Source of the DNA: Rubrivivax sp.
GTDB taxonomy: Bacteria; Pseudomonadota; Gammaproteobacteria; Burkholderiales; Burkholderiaceae_C
Length of the DNA: 64,000 bases
Assembly (NCBI GenBank): GCA_022843905.1
Contig: JALHMT010000020.1
Span: 371 to 64,370 of the forward strand
Reading direction: 5' to 3'
This document shows positions 41,371-50,849 of this stretch, piece after piece (position 1 is the stretch's first letter; each line of letters opens with the position of its first letter). Below the pieces are notes generated by a model that was not told the origin of the DNA, did no database searches, and saw only the letters and a list, made by a program, of their open reading frames with translations. The translations under genes and the position numbers were made by a program.

Positions 41371-42657
41371 ATGCAGCAAATCATTGACCGCCGCCTGGCG
41401 GGGAAGAACAAGTCGATCGGCAACCGCGAGCGCTTCCTGCGCCGTCACAAGGAGCAGATCCGCGAGGCCGTCAAGCGCGCGATCGATGGACGCGGCATCC
41501 GCGACATCGAGCGGGGCGAGGACATCCACATCCCCAAGCGCGACCTCAGCGAGCCGGTGTTCGGACACGGCCAGGGCGGTGTGCGCGACGTGGTGCATCC
41601 CGGCAACCAGGACTTCGTGCGCGGCGACCGCATCGAGCGGCCCAAGGGCGGCGGTGGCGGCGGCAGCGGCGGCGGGCAAGCCAGCGACTCCGGCGAAGGC
41701 GAGGACGACTTCGTCTTCAGCCTGAGCCGCGAGGAGTTCATGCAGGTCTTCTTCGAGGACCTCGCGCTGCCGCACCTCATCCGCACGCAGCTGGCCGAGG
41801 TGCCCGAGTGGAAGAGCCACCGCGCCGGCTACAGCAGCGACGGCACACCCAACAACCTGCACGTGGTGCGCTCGATGCGCGGCGCCATCGGCCGCCGCAT
41901 CGCGGTGGGTGCCGGCTCTCGCCGCGACCTGCGCGAATTGCAGGAAGAGCTCGAACAGCTGATGCGCACGCACCAGCCCGGCGACGTCGTGGCCGGGGCC
42001 GCCATCGCCGAACTGCAGGAACGCATCCGCGTGCTGCGCGTGCGCATCGAGCGCATTCCCTACCTCGACCCCATCGACCTGCGTTACCGCAACCGTGTGC
42101 GCGTGCCCGTGCCGACCAGCAAGGCGGTGATGTTCTGTCTGATGGACGTCTCGGGCTCGATGGACGAAGGCCGCAAGGAGCTCTCCAAGCGCTTCTTCAT
42201 CCTGCTGTACCTGTTCCTCACGCGGCACTACGAGAAGATCGAGCTCGTCTTCATCCGCCACCACACGCAGGCGCAGGAAGTCGACGAGGAGAACTTCTTC
42301 CACGCCCGCGAGACCGGCGGCACGGTGGTGAGCAGCGCACTGGTGCTGATGGAAGAGATCATCCGCGCGCGCTACTCGCCCAGCGAGTGGAACATCTACG
42401 GCGCGCAGGCCAGCGACGGCGACAACTGGCACCACGACAGCGGTCGCTGCCGCGAGATGCTGGCCGACAAGATCCTGCCGCTGTGCCGCTACTACGCCTA
42501 CGTGCAGGTGGCCGAGGAAGAGCAGAACCTGTGGGAGGAATACACCCAGCTGACAGACTCGCACCGCCATTTCGCGATGCGCAAGGCCACGGCGGCGTCG
42601 CAGATCTACCCGGTCTTCCGCGATCTGTTCAAGAAGGAAGGAGCACAAGCCGCATGA
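41371..42657 (+). CDS. yeaH: YeaH/YhbH (DUF444) family protein
   Basis: IIDRRL..KNKS..NR.RF, Gly-rich linker, MDVSGSM, QASDGDNW. Confidence 0.93.
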   Translation: MQQIIDRRLAGKNKSIGNRERFLRRHKEQIREAVKRAIDGRGIRDIERGEDIHIPKRDLSEPVFGHGQGGVRDVVHPGNQDFVRGDRIERPKGGGGGGSGGGQASDSGEGEDDFVFSLSREEFMQVFFEDLALPHLIRTQLAEVPEWKSHRAGYSSDGTPNNLHVVRSMRGAIGRRIAVGAGSRRDLRELQEELEQLMRTHQPGDVVAGAAIAELQERIRVLRVRIERIPYLDPIDLRYRNRVRVPVPTSKAVMFCLMDVSGSMDEGRKELSKRFFILLYLFLTRHYEKIELVFIRHHTQAQEVDEENFFHARETGGTVVSSALVLMEEIIRARYSPSEWNIYGAQASDGDNWHHDSGRCREMLADKILPLCRYYAYVQVAEEEQNLWEEYTQLTDSHRHFAMRKATAASQIYPVFRDLFKKEGAQAA

Positions 42658-42662
42658 CCAGG

Positions 42663-42828
42663 CCCACCCCCGCAGCGCCTTCGGCGCAGCTTGCAGCCCG
42701 CGCCTGGCCGGTGGCCCGGCTCCTTGCCAGGCGAGGAGGGTCCACCGGACCCTCCTCGTCCGGGCTCGGCCCCCTCAAGGGGGCAACGCCAGCGGCCCGG
42801 CAAAGCCGGCTCCGCGGCGTCCGCTTGG
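42663..42828 (+). repeat. Dispersed REP/MITE-like element carrying a nested hairpin insertion
   Basis: Shares CCACCCC...CCCCTCAAGGGG.CAAC.CCAGCGGCCCGGCA.AGCCGG.TCCGCGGCGT with 57622-57705 (minus strand); inner perfect 12-bp stem at 42732-42758. Confidence 0.7.
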
Positions 42829-42847
42829 TTTTCATCTCACACTGCTC

Positions 42848-44404
42848 ATGAAGCCGCGTCCCCCCGCACTCGAGTCCCCGCTCCCTCTGGCCGACCGGCC
42901 CGGCGAGCCGCTGCCGGCGCCCAGCGACTGGTCCTTCGAGCTGATCGACCAGTACCACCGCATCATCCGGCAGACGGCCGAACGCTTCGGGCTGGACACC
43001 TACCCGAACCAGCTCGAGATCATCACTGCCGAGCAGATGATGGACGCCTACGCCAGCGTGGGCATGCCGGTGAACTACCGCCACTGGAGCTACGGCAAGG
43101 AGTTCATCGCCACCGAGAAGAACTACAAGCGCGGCCACATGGGCCTGGCCTACGAGATCGTCATCAACAGCAACCCCTGCATCAGCTACCTGATGGAGGA
43201 GAACACGCTGGCGATGCAGGCCCTGGTCATCGCGCACGCGGCCTACGGCCACAACAGCTTCTTCAAGGGCAACTACCTGTTCCGCATGTGGACCGACGCG
43301 GCGTCCATCATCGACTACCTGGTCTACGCGAAGAACTACGTGGCCGACTGCGAGGAGCGCTACGGGCTGGACGCGGTGGAGTCCTTCCTCGACAGCTGCC
43401 ACGCCTTGTCGAACCACGGGGTCGACCGCTACCGCCGGCCCAGCCGCAAGACCCTGGCGCAGGAGCTGGCCGAGCGCAAGGACCGCGAGGCCTACGCGCA
43501 GCAGCAGGTCAACGACCTCTGGCGCACGCTGCCGAAGAAGGCCGAGAAGGACGCCGCCGCCGCCGAGGCCAAGCGCTTCCCCGACGAGCCGCAGGAAAAC
43601 CTGCTGTACTTCATCGAGAAGAACGCGCCGCTGCTCGAACCCTGGCAGCGCGAGGTGGTGCGCATCGTGCGCAAGGTGGCGCAGTACTTCTACCCGCAGC
43701 GCCAGACGCAGGTCATGAACGAAGGCTGGGCCACCTTCTGGCACCACAAGCTGCTGAACCAGATGTACGACGACGGCTTCCTCACCGACGGCGTGATGAT
43801 CGAGTGGCTGAAGTCGCACACCAACGTGATCTACCAGCCGCCGGTGGGCCACAAGGCCTACAGCGGCATCAATCCGTATGCGCTGGGCTTCGCGATGTAC
43901 AGCGACATCAAGCGCATCTGCGAGAGCCCCACCGACGAAGACCGCCAGTGGTTCCCCGACATCGCCGGCACACCCTGGCTGCCCACGCTGGACCACGCGA
44001 TGCGCAACTTCAAGGACGAGAGCTTCGTCGGCCAGTACCTCAGCCCCAAGCTGATCCGCGACCTGCGCCTGTTCGCCATCCGTGACGACGAGAAGGACAG
44101 CGAACTGGAGGTGGCCGCCATCCACGACGACAACGGCTACCGCGCCGTGCGCGAACTGTTGTCGCGCCAGTACGACCTGGGCTCGCGCGAGCCCAACATC
44201 CAGGTGTGGAACGTCAACCTGCGCGGTGACCGATCGCTCACGCTGCGGCACTTCCAGCACAACGATCGCCCGCTGCACGACAGTGCGCAGGAAGTGCTCA
44301 AGCACGTGGCGCGGCTGTGGGGTTTCGGCGTGCAGCTCGAGAGCACCAACGCCAAGGGCGACATCACCAAGCGGTTTTCCGTCCCTGCGCCGTCATCGCA
44401 GTGA
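42848..44404 (+). CDS. ycgB: SpoVR family protein
   Basis: HWSYGK, AYEIVINSNPC, HAAYGHNSFF, QTQVMNEGWATFWH. Confidence 0.93.
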   Translation: MKPRPPALESPLPLADRPGEPLPAPSDWSFELIDQYHRIIRQTAERFGLDTYPNQLEIITAEQMMDAYASVGMPVNYRHWSYGKEFIATEKNYKRGHMGLAYEIVINSNPCISYLMEENTLAMQALVIAHAAYGHNSFFKGNYLFRMWTDAASIIDYLVYAKNYVADCEERYGLDAVESFLDSCHALSNHGVDRYRRPSRKTLAQELAERKDREAYAQQQVNDLWRTLPKKAEKDAAAAEAKRFPDEPQENLLYFIEKNAPLLEPWQREVVRIVRKVAQYFYPQRQTQVMNEGWATFWHHKLLNQMYDDGFLTDGVMIEWLKSHTNVIYQPPVGHKAYSGINPYALGFAMYSDIKRICESPTDEDRQWFPDIAGTPWLPTLDHAMRNFKDESFVGQYLSPKLIRDLRLFAIRDDEKDSELEVAAIHDDNGYRAVRELLSRQYDLGSREPNIQVWNVNLRGDRSLTLRHFQHNDRPLHDSAQEVLKHVARLWGFGVQLESTNAKGDITKRFSVPAPSSQ

Positions 44405-44511
44405 AAGGGGCGGCAGGCGCCGCCGATTCGAGATGAGGCGCCGCGGCGCCTCTTTTCGTCTGCTCCCGCCGCGGCGGTGGCCCCACCATGGCTGGCATCC
44501 CGTCGCCAGCC

Positions 44512-44739
44512 ATGAGCACTTCACCGCATGACCCGTCGCCCGCCTTCCTGGCCCTCGTGCCCGGGCAGGTGATCGCGCTGTTCATCGTGCGACTGGACCA
44601 CTCCGGCACCCTGCTGGCCGTGCCCACGTCGCGGCTGCTGGAGGGACTGCGCGCGGCTTGCGACCTGCTGGGCTTCGACGGCCTGCAGCGCGACGAGGAG
44701 CGGCTGGACGAGCTGCTGCCCTGGACCGGCAACGTCTGA
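44512..44739 (+). CDS. Small hypothetical protein
   Basis: 75-aa ORF with GC-rich third positions filling the gap; no recognisable motif. Confidence 0.4.
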   Translation: MSTSPHDPSPAFLALVPGQVIALFIVRLDHSGTLLAVPTSRLLEGLRAACDLLGFDGLQRDEERLDELLPWTGNV

Positions 44740-44760
44740 CGACGGATTCGCCCGCGCGAG

Positions 44761-46176
44761 CTACATCGCGAAGACCTTGCCCGGGTTCATGATGTTCTTC
44801 GGGTCCAGCGCGCGCTTGATGCCGCGCATCATCTCCACCGCGCCAGGGCCGGCCTCCTCGGCCAGGTAGCCCATCTTGTGCAGGCCGATGCCGTGCTCGC
44901 CGGTGCAGGTGCCGCCCAGGCGCAGCGCGCGCTGCACCATCTGCACGTTCAGGCGCTCCACGGCTTCGACCTCGGCCGTATCGTCGGGGTCCATCAGGTA
45001 GCTGAGGTGGAAGTTGCCGTCGCCGACGTGGCCGACGATCCAGTACGGAATGCCCGAGGCCTCGGCCTCCTCGACGCTCTGGTTGATGCTCTCGGCCAGG
45101 CGCGAGATGGGCACGCAGGTGTCGCTGCTCTGGCAGCGGCAGCCCGGGCGTGTCTGCAGCGCGGCGAAGTAGCTCTGGTGGCGCGCCGCCCACAGGCGCG
45201 AGCGCTCCTCGGGCGTGGCGGCCCACTGGAAGTCTTCGCCGCCTTGTTCGCGTGCCAGCTCCTGCACCGTCTCGGCCTGCTCCTTCACGCTCGCCTCGCT
45301 GCCGTGGAACTCCATCAGCAGCATCGGCGCCTCGCGCAGCGCCAGCTTCGAGTGCGCGTTGACGGCGCGGATGGCGTTGGCGTCGAGCAGCTCGCAGCGT
45401 GCGATGGGCACGCCCATCTGGATGATCTGGATCGTGGTCTGCACCGCGGCGTCGATGCTCGGGAAGTGGCACACCGCCGCACTCACCGCCTCGGGCAGCG
45501 GGAACAGCTTCAGCGTCACCTCGGTCATCACGCCCAGCGTGCCTTCGCTGCCGACGAACAAGCGCGTGAGGTCGTAGCCGGCGCTGCTCTTCTTCGCGCG
45601 CGTGCCGGTCTGCACGACCTCGCCCGCGGCGGTGACCACGGTCAGCCCCAGCACGTTCTCGCGCATGGTGCCGTAGCGCACGGCGTTGGTGCCGCTGGCG
45701 CGCGTGGCGGCCATGCCGCCCAGGCTGGCGTTGGCGCCGGGGTCGATGGGGAAGAACAGGCCCGTGTCCTTGATCTCGCGGTTGAGCTGCTCGCGCGTGA
45801 CGCCGGCCTGCACGGTGACGGTGAGGTCTTCGGCGTTGACCGAGAGGATCTTCGTCATGCGCGACAGGTCCACGCTCACGCCGCCCTGCACGGCCAGCAG
45901 GTGGCCTTCGAGCGAGCTGCCCACGCCGAAGGGAATCACCGGCACGGCGTGCTCGTTGGCGAGCTTCACGACGAAGACCACGTCGTCGTTGCTCTCGCAG
46001 AAGACCACCGCCTCGGGCGGCTGTGCGTCGTAGACCGACTCGCCGCGGCCATGTTGCTCGCGCACCGATGCTGCGGTGGAGCAGCGATCACCGAAGTGCT
46101 GTCGCAGGGCCTGCAAGGCCGCTGCCGGCAGCGGGCGCAGGCCCGGGATCAGGTGGGTCGGCAGGGGAGCGTTCAT
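44761..46176 (-). CDS. FAD-linked oxidase (D-lactate dehydrogenase/GlcD family)
   Basis: PFGVGSSLEG, GSEGTLG, HVGDGNFH, GEHGIG, MNPGK. Confidence 0.9.
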   Translation of the reverse strand: MNAPLPTHLIPGLRPLPAAALQALRQHFGDRCSTAASVREQHGRGESVYDAQPPEAVVFCESNDDVVFVVKLANEHAVPVIPFGVGSSLEGHLLAVQGGVSVDLSRMTKILSVNAEDLTVTVQAGVTREQLNREIKDTGLFFPIDPGANASLGGMAATRASGTNAVRYGTMRENVLGLTVVTAAGEVVQTGTRAKKSSAGYDLTRLFVGSEGTLGVMTEVTLKLFPLPEAVSAAVCHFPSIDAAVQTTIQIIQMGVPIARCELLDANAIRAVNAHSKLALREAPMLLMEFHGSEASVKEQAETVQELAREQGGEDFQWAATPEERSRLWAARHQSYFAALQTRPGCRCQSSDTCVPISRLAESINQSVEEAEASGIPYWIVGHVGDGNFHLSYLMDPDDTAEVEAVERLNVQMVQRALRLGGTCTGEHGIGLHKMGYLAEEAGPGAVEMMRGIKRALDPKNIMNPGKVFAM

Positions 46177-46447
46177 GGCTGGCGTCCTGGGTTGGTCTGG
46201 AGCGGAGTTTAGGGCGGCTGACCGAGGTCAAGTGCTGCGTCCCTGCAGCCAGCAGGTGCGGAGCTGCAACGACTCCTGTGCGACGGGTGATCGCCGCTGC
46301 CGGGGCGTGGCACGACCCCCTTCGGCCCGTGGTCAGCAACAACGCGCTGAGCAAGGGCTTCTTCGGTGTCGGCATGAGCAAGTAGTCCTGCTCTGACCGG
46401 GGCGGGCCGGGAGTGGTCCAATACGGGCCGAACTTCCGACCCTGCCC

Positions 46448-47023
46448 ATGTCCAATCGCCTGACCCAGATCGCCACCCGCACCGGAGACGACGGCAGCAC
46501 CGGCCTGGGCGACGGCACGCGCGTCGCCAAGGACCACCTTCGTGTGATGGCCATGGGTGACGTCGACGAGCTGAACTCCTCGCTGGGCGTGCTGCTGGCC
46601 GAGAAGCTGCCCGACGACGTGCGCGAGCTTCTCGTCATCGTGCAGCACGAGCTCTTCAACCTGGGCGGTGAACTCTCCATCCCCGGCTACCAGCTGCTCA
46701 AGGCCGAAGCCGTGATGCGCCTGGACGATGCGCTGGAGCACTACAACGCCGCGCTGCCGCGGCTGAAGGAGTTCATCCTTCCGGCCGGCACGCGCAGCGC
46801 GGCGCTGGCGCACGTCAGCCGCACCATCGCGCGGCGCGCGGAGCGTGCGGTGGTCGCACTGGCGGCTGCCGAGCCGGTCAACGAGACGCCGCGCCAGTAT
46901 CTCAACCGCCTGAGCGACCTGATGTTCGTGCTGGCCCGCGTGCTCAACCGCGCCAACCTCGACGGGCTGGGCGGCGACGACGTCTACTGGAAGAGCGAGA
47001 AGCTGGCGCGCTCAGGCGACTGA
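46448..47023 (+). CDS. PduO-type ATP:cob(I)alamin adenosyltransferase
   Basis: TRTGDDGSTGL, GDVDELNS, RRAER, YLNRLSD. Confidence 0.92.
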   Translation: MSNRLTQIATRTGDDGSTGLGDGTRVAKDHLRVMAMGDVDELNSSLGVLLAEKLPDDVRELLVIVQHELFNLGGELSIPGYQLLKAEAVMRLDDALEHYNAALPRLKEFILPAGTRSAALAHVSRTIARRAERAVVALAAAEPVNETPRQYLNRLSDLMFVLARVLNRANLDGLGGDDVYWKSEKLARSGD

Positions 47024-47064
47024 ACAGCGACTGCGTCGCGACTGAGCGCCGCGCCGGCTGCCGC

Positions 47065-48195
47065 TCAAGCCTTGCGGCGCGCCTTCACGGCACTGCTCAG
47101 CACGTCCAGCACGTCCAGCGAATCGTCCCAGCCGATGCACGCGTCGGTGATGCTCTTGCCGTATTCCAGCTGCGCCGGGTCGTCCTTGCCGGGGCTGAAC
47201 TTCTGTGCGCCGGCCACCAGGTGGCTCTCCACCATCACGCCGAAGATGCAGCGGTTGCCGCCGGCCATCTGCGCGGCGACGTCGCGCGCCACCTCGACCT
47301 GCTTCTGGTGCTGCTTGCTCGAATTGGCGTGGCTGAAGTCGATCATCAGGCGGCAGTCGAGCTTGGCCGCCTCGATCTCCTTGCAGGCGGCGGCCACGCT
47401 GGCGGCATCGTAGTTGGGTGCCTTGCCGCCGCGCAGGATGACGTGGCAGTCCTTGTTGCCCTTGGTCTCGACGATGGCCACCTGGCCGTTCTTGTGCACC
47501 GACAGGAAATGGTGCGGTCGCGCGGCGGCCTGGATGGCGTCGGTGGCGATGCGGATGTTGCCGTCGGTGCCGTTCTTGAAGCCGATCGGCGCCGACAGGC
47601 CCGAGGCCAGTTCGCGGTGCACCTGGCTTTCGGTGGTGCGCGCGCCGATGGCGCCCCAGGAGATGAGGTCGGCGATGTACTGCGGGCTGATGGTGTCGAG
47701 GAACTCACCAGCCGCCGGCACGCCCAGGCGGTTGATCTCCAGCAGCAGCTGCCGCGCGATGCGCAGGCCCTCGTGGATGCGGTAGCTCTCGTCGAGGTAG
47801 GGGTCGTTGATCAGCCCCTTCCAGCCGACGGTGGTGCGCGGCTTCTCGAAGTACACGCGCATCACCACTTCCAGCGTATCGGCGTACCTCTCGCGCTGCG
47901 CCTTCAGCTTGCGCGCGTACTCCAGCGCCGCTGCGGGGTCGTGGATGGAGCAAGGACCGATGATGACGAGCAGGCGGTCGTCCTTGCCGTGCATGATCTG
48001 CCGCACGGCCTGGCGTGCGCCGTTGACCAGCGTTTCCACGGGCGTGTCGGCGATCGGGAAGAAGCGGATCAGGTGTTCGGGCGGCGGCAGCGGCGTGACG
48101 TCGCGGATGCGCTGGTCGTCGGTCTGGCTGGTGCGTTCACTCATCGGCAGGCGGCCGTCGTGAAGGCTGCTGCCGCTGGTCGGCTTGGGGCTCAT
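47065..48195 (-). CDS. aroG: Class I DAHP synthase
   Basis: GPCSIHD, RVYFEKPRTTVGWKG, IGARTTESQVHRE, SHANS, SITDACIGW. Confidence 0.93.
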   Translation of the reverse strand: MSPKPTSGSSLHDGRLPMSERTSQTDDQRIRDVTPLPPPEHLIRFFPIADTPVETLVNGARQAVRQIMHGKDDRLLVIIGPCSIHDPAAALEYARKLKAQRERYADTLEVVMRVYFEKPRTTVGWKGLINDPYLDESYRIHEGLRIARQLLLEINRLGVPAAGEFLDTISPQYIADLISWGAIGARTTESQVHRELASGLSAPIGFKNGTDGNIRIATDAIQAAARPHHFLSVHKNGQVAIVETKGNKDCHVILRGGKAPNYDAASVAAACKEIEAAKLDCRLMIDFSHANSSKQHQKQVEVARDVAAQMAGGNRCIFGVMVESHLVAGAQKFSPGKDDPAQLEYGKSITDACIGWDDSLDVLDVLSSAVKARRKA

Positions 48196-48223
48196 CTCTT
48201 CCTCTCCTCGAATAGCTGTCCTG

Positions 48224-48257
48224 AAAACAAAAAAACCGCCGGGGTTGCCGGCGGTTT
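48224..48257 (-). terminator. Attenuator terminator upstream of aroG
   Basis: Minus strand AAACCGCCGG-CAACC-CCGGCGGTTT followed by TTTTGTTTT. Confidence 0.85.
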
Positions 48258-48281
48258 GTCTGGGTGCGGGGCGCTTTGTTT

Positions 48282-48359
48282 CTACGTGCGCTCGTGCTTC
48301 CAGCCGCCGGTGAGGGGCAGAAACCAAAAGCTCGTAAAGAAGCAGGCGACAGAACGCAT
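48282..48359 (-). CDS. Phe/Trp-rich attenuator leader peptide, 25 aa
   Basis: MRSVACFFTSFWFLPLTGGWKHERT (4 Phe, 2 Trp) directly before the terminator and the DAHP synthase gene. Confidence 0.8.
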   Translation of the reverse strand: MRSVACFFTSFWFLPLTGGWKHERT

Positions 48360-48453
48360 GGGGCGGAAATGTAGCACGCACGGGCCGGCGTCAGGCTGAC
48401 GGCGCCGCTGGACGCAGCATCGCCACGGCGGCGGCTTCGGTATGCTGGGCTGC

Positions 48454-49620
48454 ATGGCCCCCTGCAAGAGCAGCCTCGATGCGCACCGCCGCCGCCTGTG
48501 CCAGGCCGCGGTGGCCGCCACCTGCCTGCCGGCCTGCGCCACGCCGGCCCGGCTGGCCGCTGCACCTCTGGTGGAGGCCGAACGCGCCGTGCTGTCCGCC
48601 ATTGCCACCGGGCGCCCGCCGGGCGCCGTGCTGTGGATCGAGCGCGAGGGCGATGTCTTCCACCGCGCCTGGGGCCATCGTGCGCTGGAGCCGGCGGCCG
48701 AAGCCGCCGAGCCGGACACCGTCTACGACATCGCTTCGCTCACCAAGCCCGTCACCGCCACGCTGGTGATGCGACTGGCCGAAGGGGGCGCCCTGTCGCT
48801 CGACGACCCGCTGCGCCGCTGGTGGCCGTCGATGGCCGCCGGTGACGGCGTCACCGTGCGCCACCTGCTGACGCACACGTCCGGCCTGCCGGCCAGCCTG
48901 CCGCTGGACAAGCCCTGGCAGGGCAGCGGCACGGCGCTCGACCTGGCCCTGGTGCAGGCCCCCACCCACGCGCCTGGCGGCTTCTTCCGCTACAGCGATG
49001 TCGGCTTCATCCTGCTGGGGGCGCTGGTCGAGCGGGTGGGCGGCGCGCCGCTCGATGCGCTGGCCAGCGCCTGGGTGCTGCAGCCGCTGCGCATGGCCGA
49101 CACCCGCTACCGGCCGCTGCAGCACCTGCCACCGGCGCGCATCGCGCCGACCGAGTTCGACGGCGCCCGCCTGCTGCGCGGCGAAGTGCACGACCCCAGC
49201 GCACGGCGCATGGGCGGTGTGGCCGGCCACGCCGGACTCTTCGGCACGGCGGCCGACCTGGCGCGCTTTGCCCGCATGGTGCTCGGCCGCGGCGAACTCG
49301 ACGGCGCGCGTGTGCTGAGCGCGGCGTCCATCGATCAGATGACCCGCGTGAACACGCCGGCAGCGCTGACGGCGCGGCGCGGCCTCGGCTGGGACATCGA
49401 CTCGCCGTACTCGCGCCCGCGCGGCAAGGCCTGGCCGGCTGGCCGCAGCTTCGGCCACACCGGCTTCACCGGCTGCGCGATGTGGATCGACCCCGGCTCG
49501 CGCAGCTTCTACGTGGTGCTGTCCAACCGCGTGCACCCGCGCGTGGGGCCCAGCATCGTGCCGCTGTACGAGCAGGTCGGCACGCAGGCGGCGCTGGCTG
49601 CCGGCCTGACGGTTCAGTAG
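48454..49620 (+). CDS. Beta-lactamase-family serine hydrolase, Tat/lipoprotein-like leader
   Basis: ASLTK (SxxK), LLTHTSG, YSD, GHAGLF, GHTGFTG; start uncertain (48442 or 48454). Confidence 0.88.
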   Translation: MAPCKSSLDAHRRRLCQAAVAATCLPACATPARLAAAPLVEAERAVLSAIATGRPPGAVLWIEREGDVFHRAWGHRALEPAAEAAEPDTVYDIASLTKPVTATLVMRLAEGGALSLDDPLRRWWPSMAAGDGVTVRHLLTHTSGLPASLPLDKPWQGSGTALDLALVQAPTHAPGGFFRYSDVGFILLGALVERVGGAPLDALASAWVLQPLRMADTRYRPLQHLPPARIAPTEFDGARLLRGEVHDPSARRMGGVAGHAGLFGTAADLARFARMVLGRGELDGARVLSAASIDQMTRVNTPAALTARRGLGWDIDSPYSRPRGKAWPAGRSFGHTGFTGCAMWIDPGSRSFYVVLSNRVHPRVGPSIVPLYEQVGTQAALAAGLTVQ

Positions 49621-50849
49621 GCGCGGGCCTCGAAGCCGGCGGCGTCCAGGCGCGCCACCACCTCGGCCACGTGGGCCGGGTTGCGCGTCTGCAGCACCAG
49701 TTCCACCTCGACGTTCTGTGCCGACAGCGACGAGAACGCGCGCTGGTGGTGGACCTCGTCGATGTTGGCGCCCGCTTCGCCGACCACGGCCGTGATGCGG
49801 GCCAGCACGCCGGGCGTGTCACGCGCCGCCACGCGAATGCGCGCCAGCCGCCCGGCGCGCACCATGCCGCGGCCGATGATGGCCTGCAGCAGCAGCGGGT
49901 CGATGTTGCCGCCGCACAGCACCAGGCCCACGCGCTGGCCCGCGAAGCGGCCAGGCTCCTTCAGCAGCGCCGCCAGACCGGCGGCGCCGGCGCCTTCGAC
50001 CAGGGTCTTCTCGATTTCCAGCAGCATCACGATGGCCTGCTCGATGTCGCCCTCGTCGACCAGCATCAGGTCGTCGACCAGTTCGCCCACGATGCGCCGC
50101 GTGATCCGGCCCGGCTGGCCCACGGCGATGCCTTCGGCGATGGTGCTGGTGCCCTGGGCGTGGTTCGTGCCCTTGACGGCGTTGACCATGGCCGGGAAGC
50201 GCGACGTCTGCACGCCCACGATGCCGATGCCCGGCTTCAGGGCCCGCGCCGCCGTGGCGATGCCCGAGATCAGACCCCCGCCGCCGACGGCGATGACCAG
50301 CGTCTCCAGGTCGGGCCGCGCACGCAGCATCTCCAGGCCGATGGTGCCCTGGCCGGCGATGACGTGAACGTCGTCGAAGGGGTGCACGAAGGTCAGCTGC
50401 TGCGCCTCGGCGAGTTCCAGCGCATGCAGGCGTGCCTCGTCGAAGCTGTCGCCGTGCAGCACCACTTCGGCGCCGAAGCCCAGCGTGCGTTCGACCTTCA
50501 CGCCGGGCGTCTGGCGCGGCATCACGATCACCGCGCGCAGGCCCAGGCGCTGCGCGTGGTGCGCCACGCCCTGGGCATGGTTGCCCGCTGACGCGGCGAT
50601 CACGCCCTTCAGCGGCACGCCCGACTCGACGAGCGTGGCCAACTTGTTCAGCGCGCCGCGTTCCTTGAACGAGGCGGTGAACTGCAGGTTCTCGAACTTC
50701 AGGAAGACGTGCGCGCCGGTGATCTGCGACAGCGTGCGGCTTTCGACGCAGGGCGTGTCGAGCACCTGGCCCTCCAGGCGGCGCGCGGCCGCCTCGATGT
50801 CGGCCAGCGTGACCCGTGGCGGCTCTGCGGCCGCCACCACCTGGGTCAA
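49614..50849 (-). CDS. ilvA: Threonine ammonia-lyase with C-terminal ACT domain
   Basis: SFKERGA PLP Lys, SAGNHAQG, GGGGLISG, GGNID; TTG start after GGAGG. Confidence 0.88.
   Translation of the reverse strand: MTQVVAAAEPPRVTLADIEAAARRLEGQVLDTPCVESRTLSQITGAHVFLKFENLQFTASFKERGALNKLATLVESGVPLKGVIAASAGNHAQGVAHHAQRLGLRAVIVMPRQTPGVKVERTLGFGAEVVLHGDSFDEARLHALELAEAQQLTFVHPFDDVHVIAGQGTIGLEMLRARPDLETLVIAVGGGGLISGIATAARALKPGIGIVGVQTSRFPAMVNAVKGTNHAQGTSTIAEGIAVGQPGRITRRIVGELVDDLMLVDEGDIEQAIVMLLEIEKTLVEGAGAAGLAALLKEPGRFAGQRVGLVLCGGNIDPLLLQAIIGRGMVRAGRLARIRVAARDTPGVLARITAVVGEAGANIDEVHHQRAFSSLSAQNVEVELVLQTRNPAHVAEVVARLDAAGFEARAY

Noticed and set aside
41648-41677. GGC-rich microsatellite in yeaH (and CTG runs in yejE)
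   Set aside because: Normal Gly linker and Leu-rich TM codons; frames are intact.
46180-46447. Cobalamin riboswitch upstream of the adenosyltransferase gene
   Set aside because: No B12-box or other conserved core recognisable.
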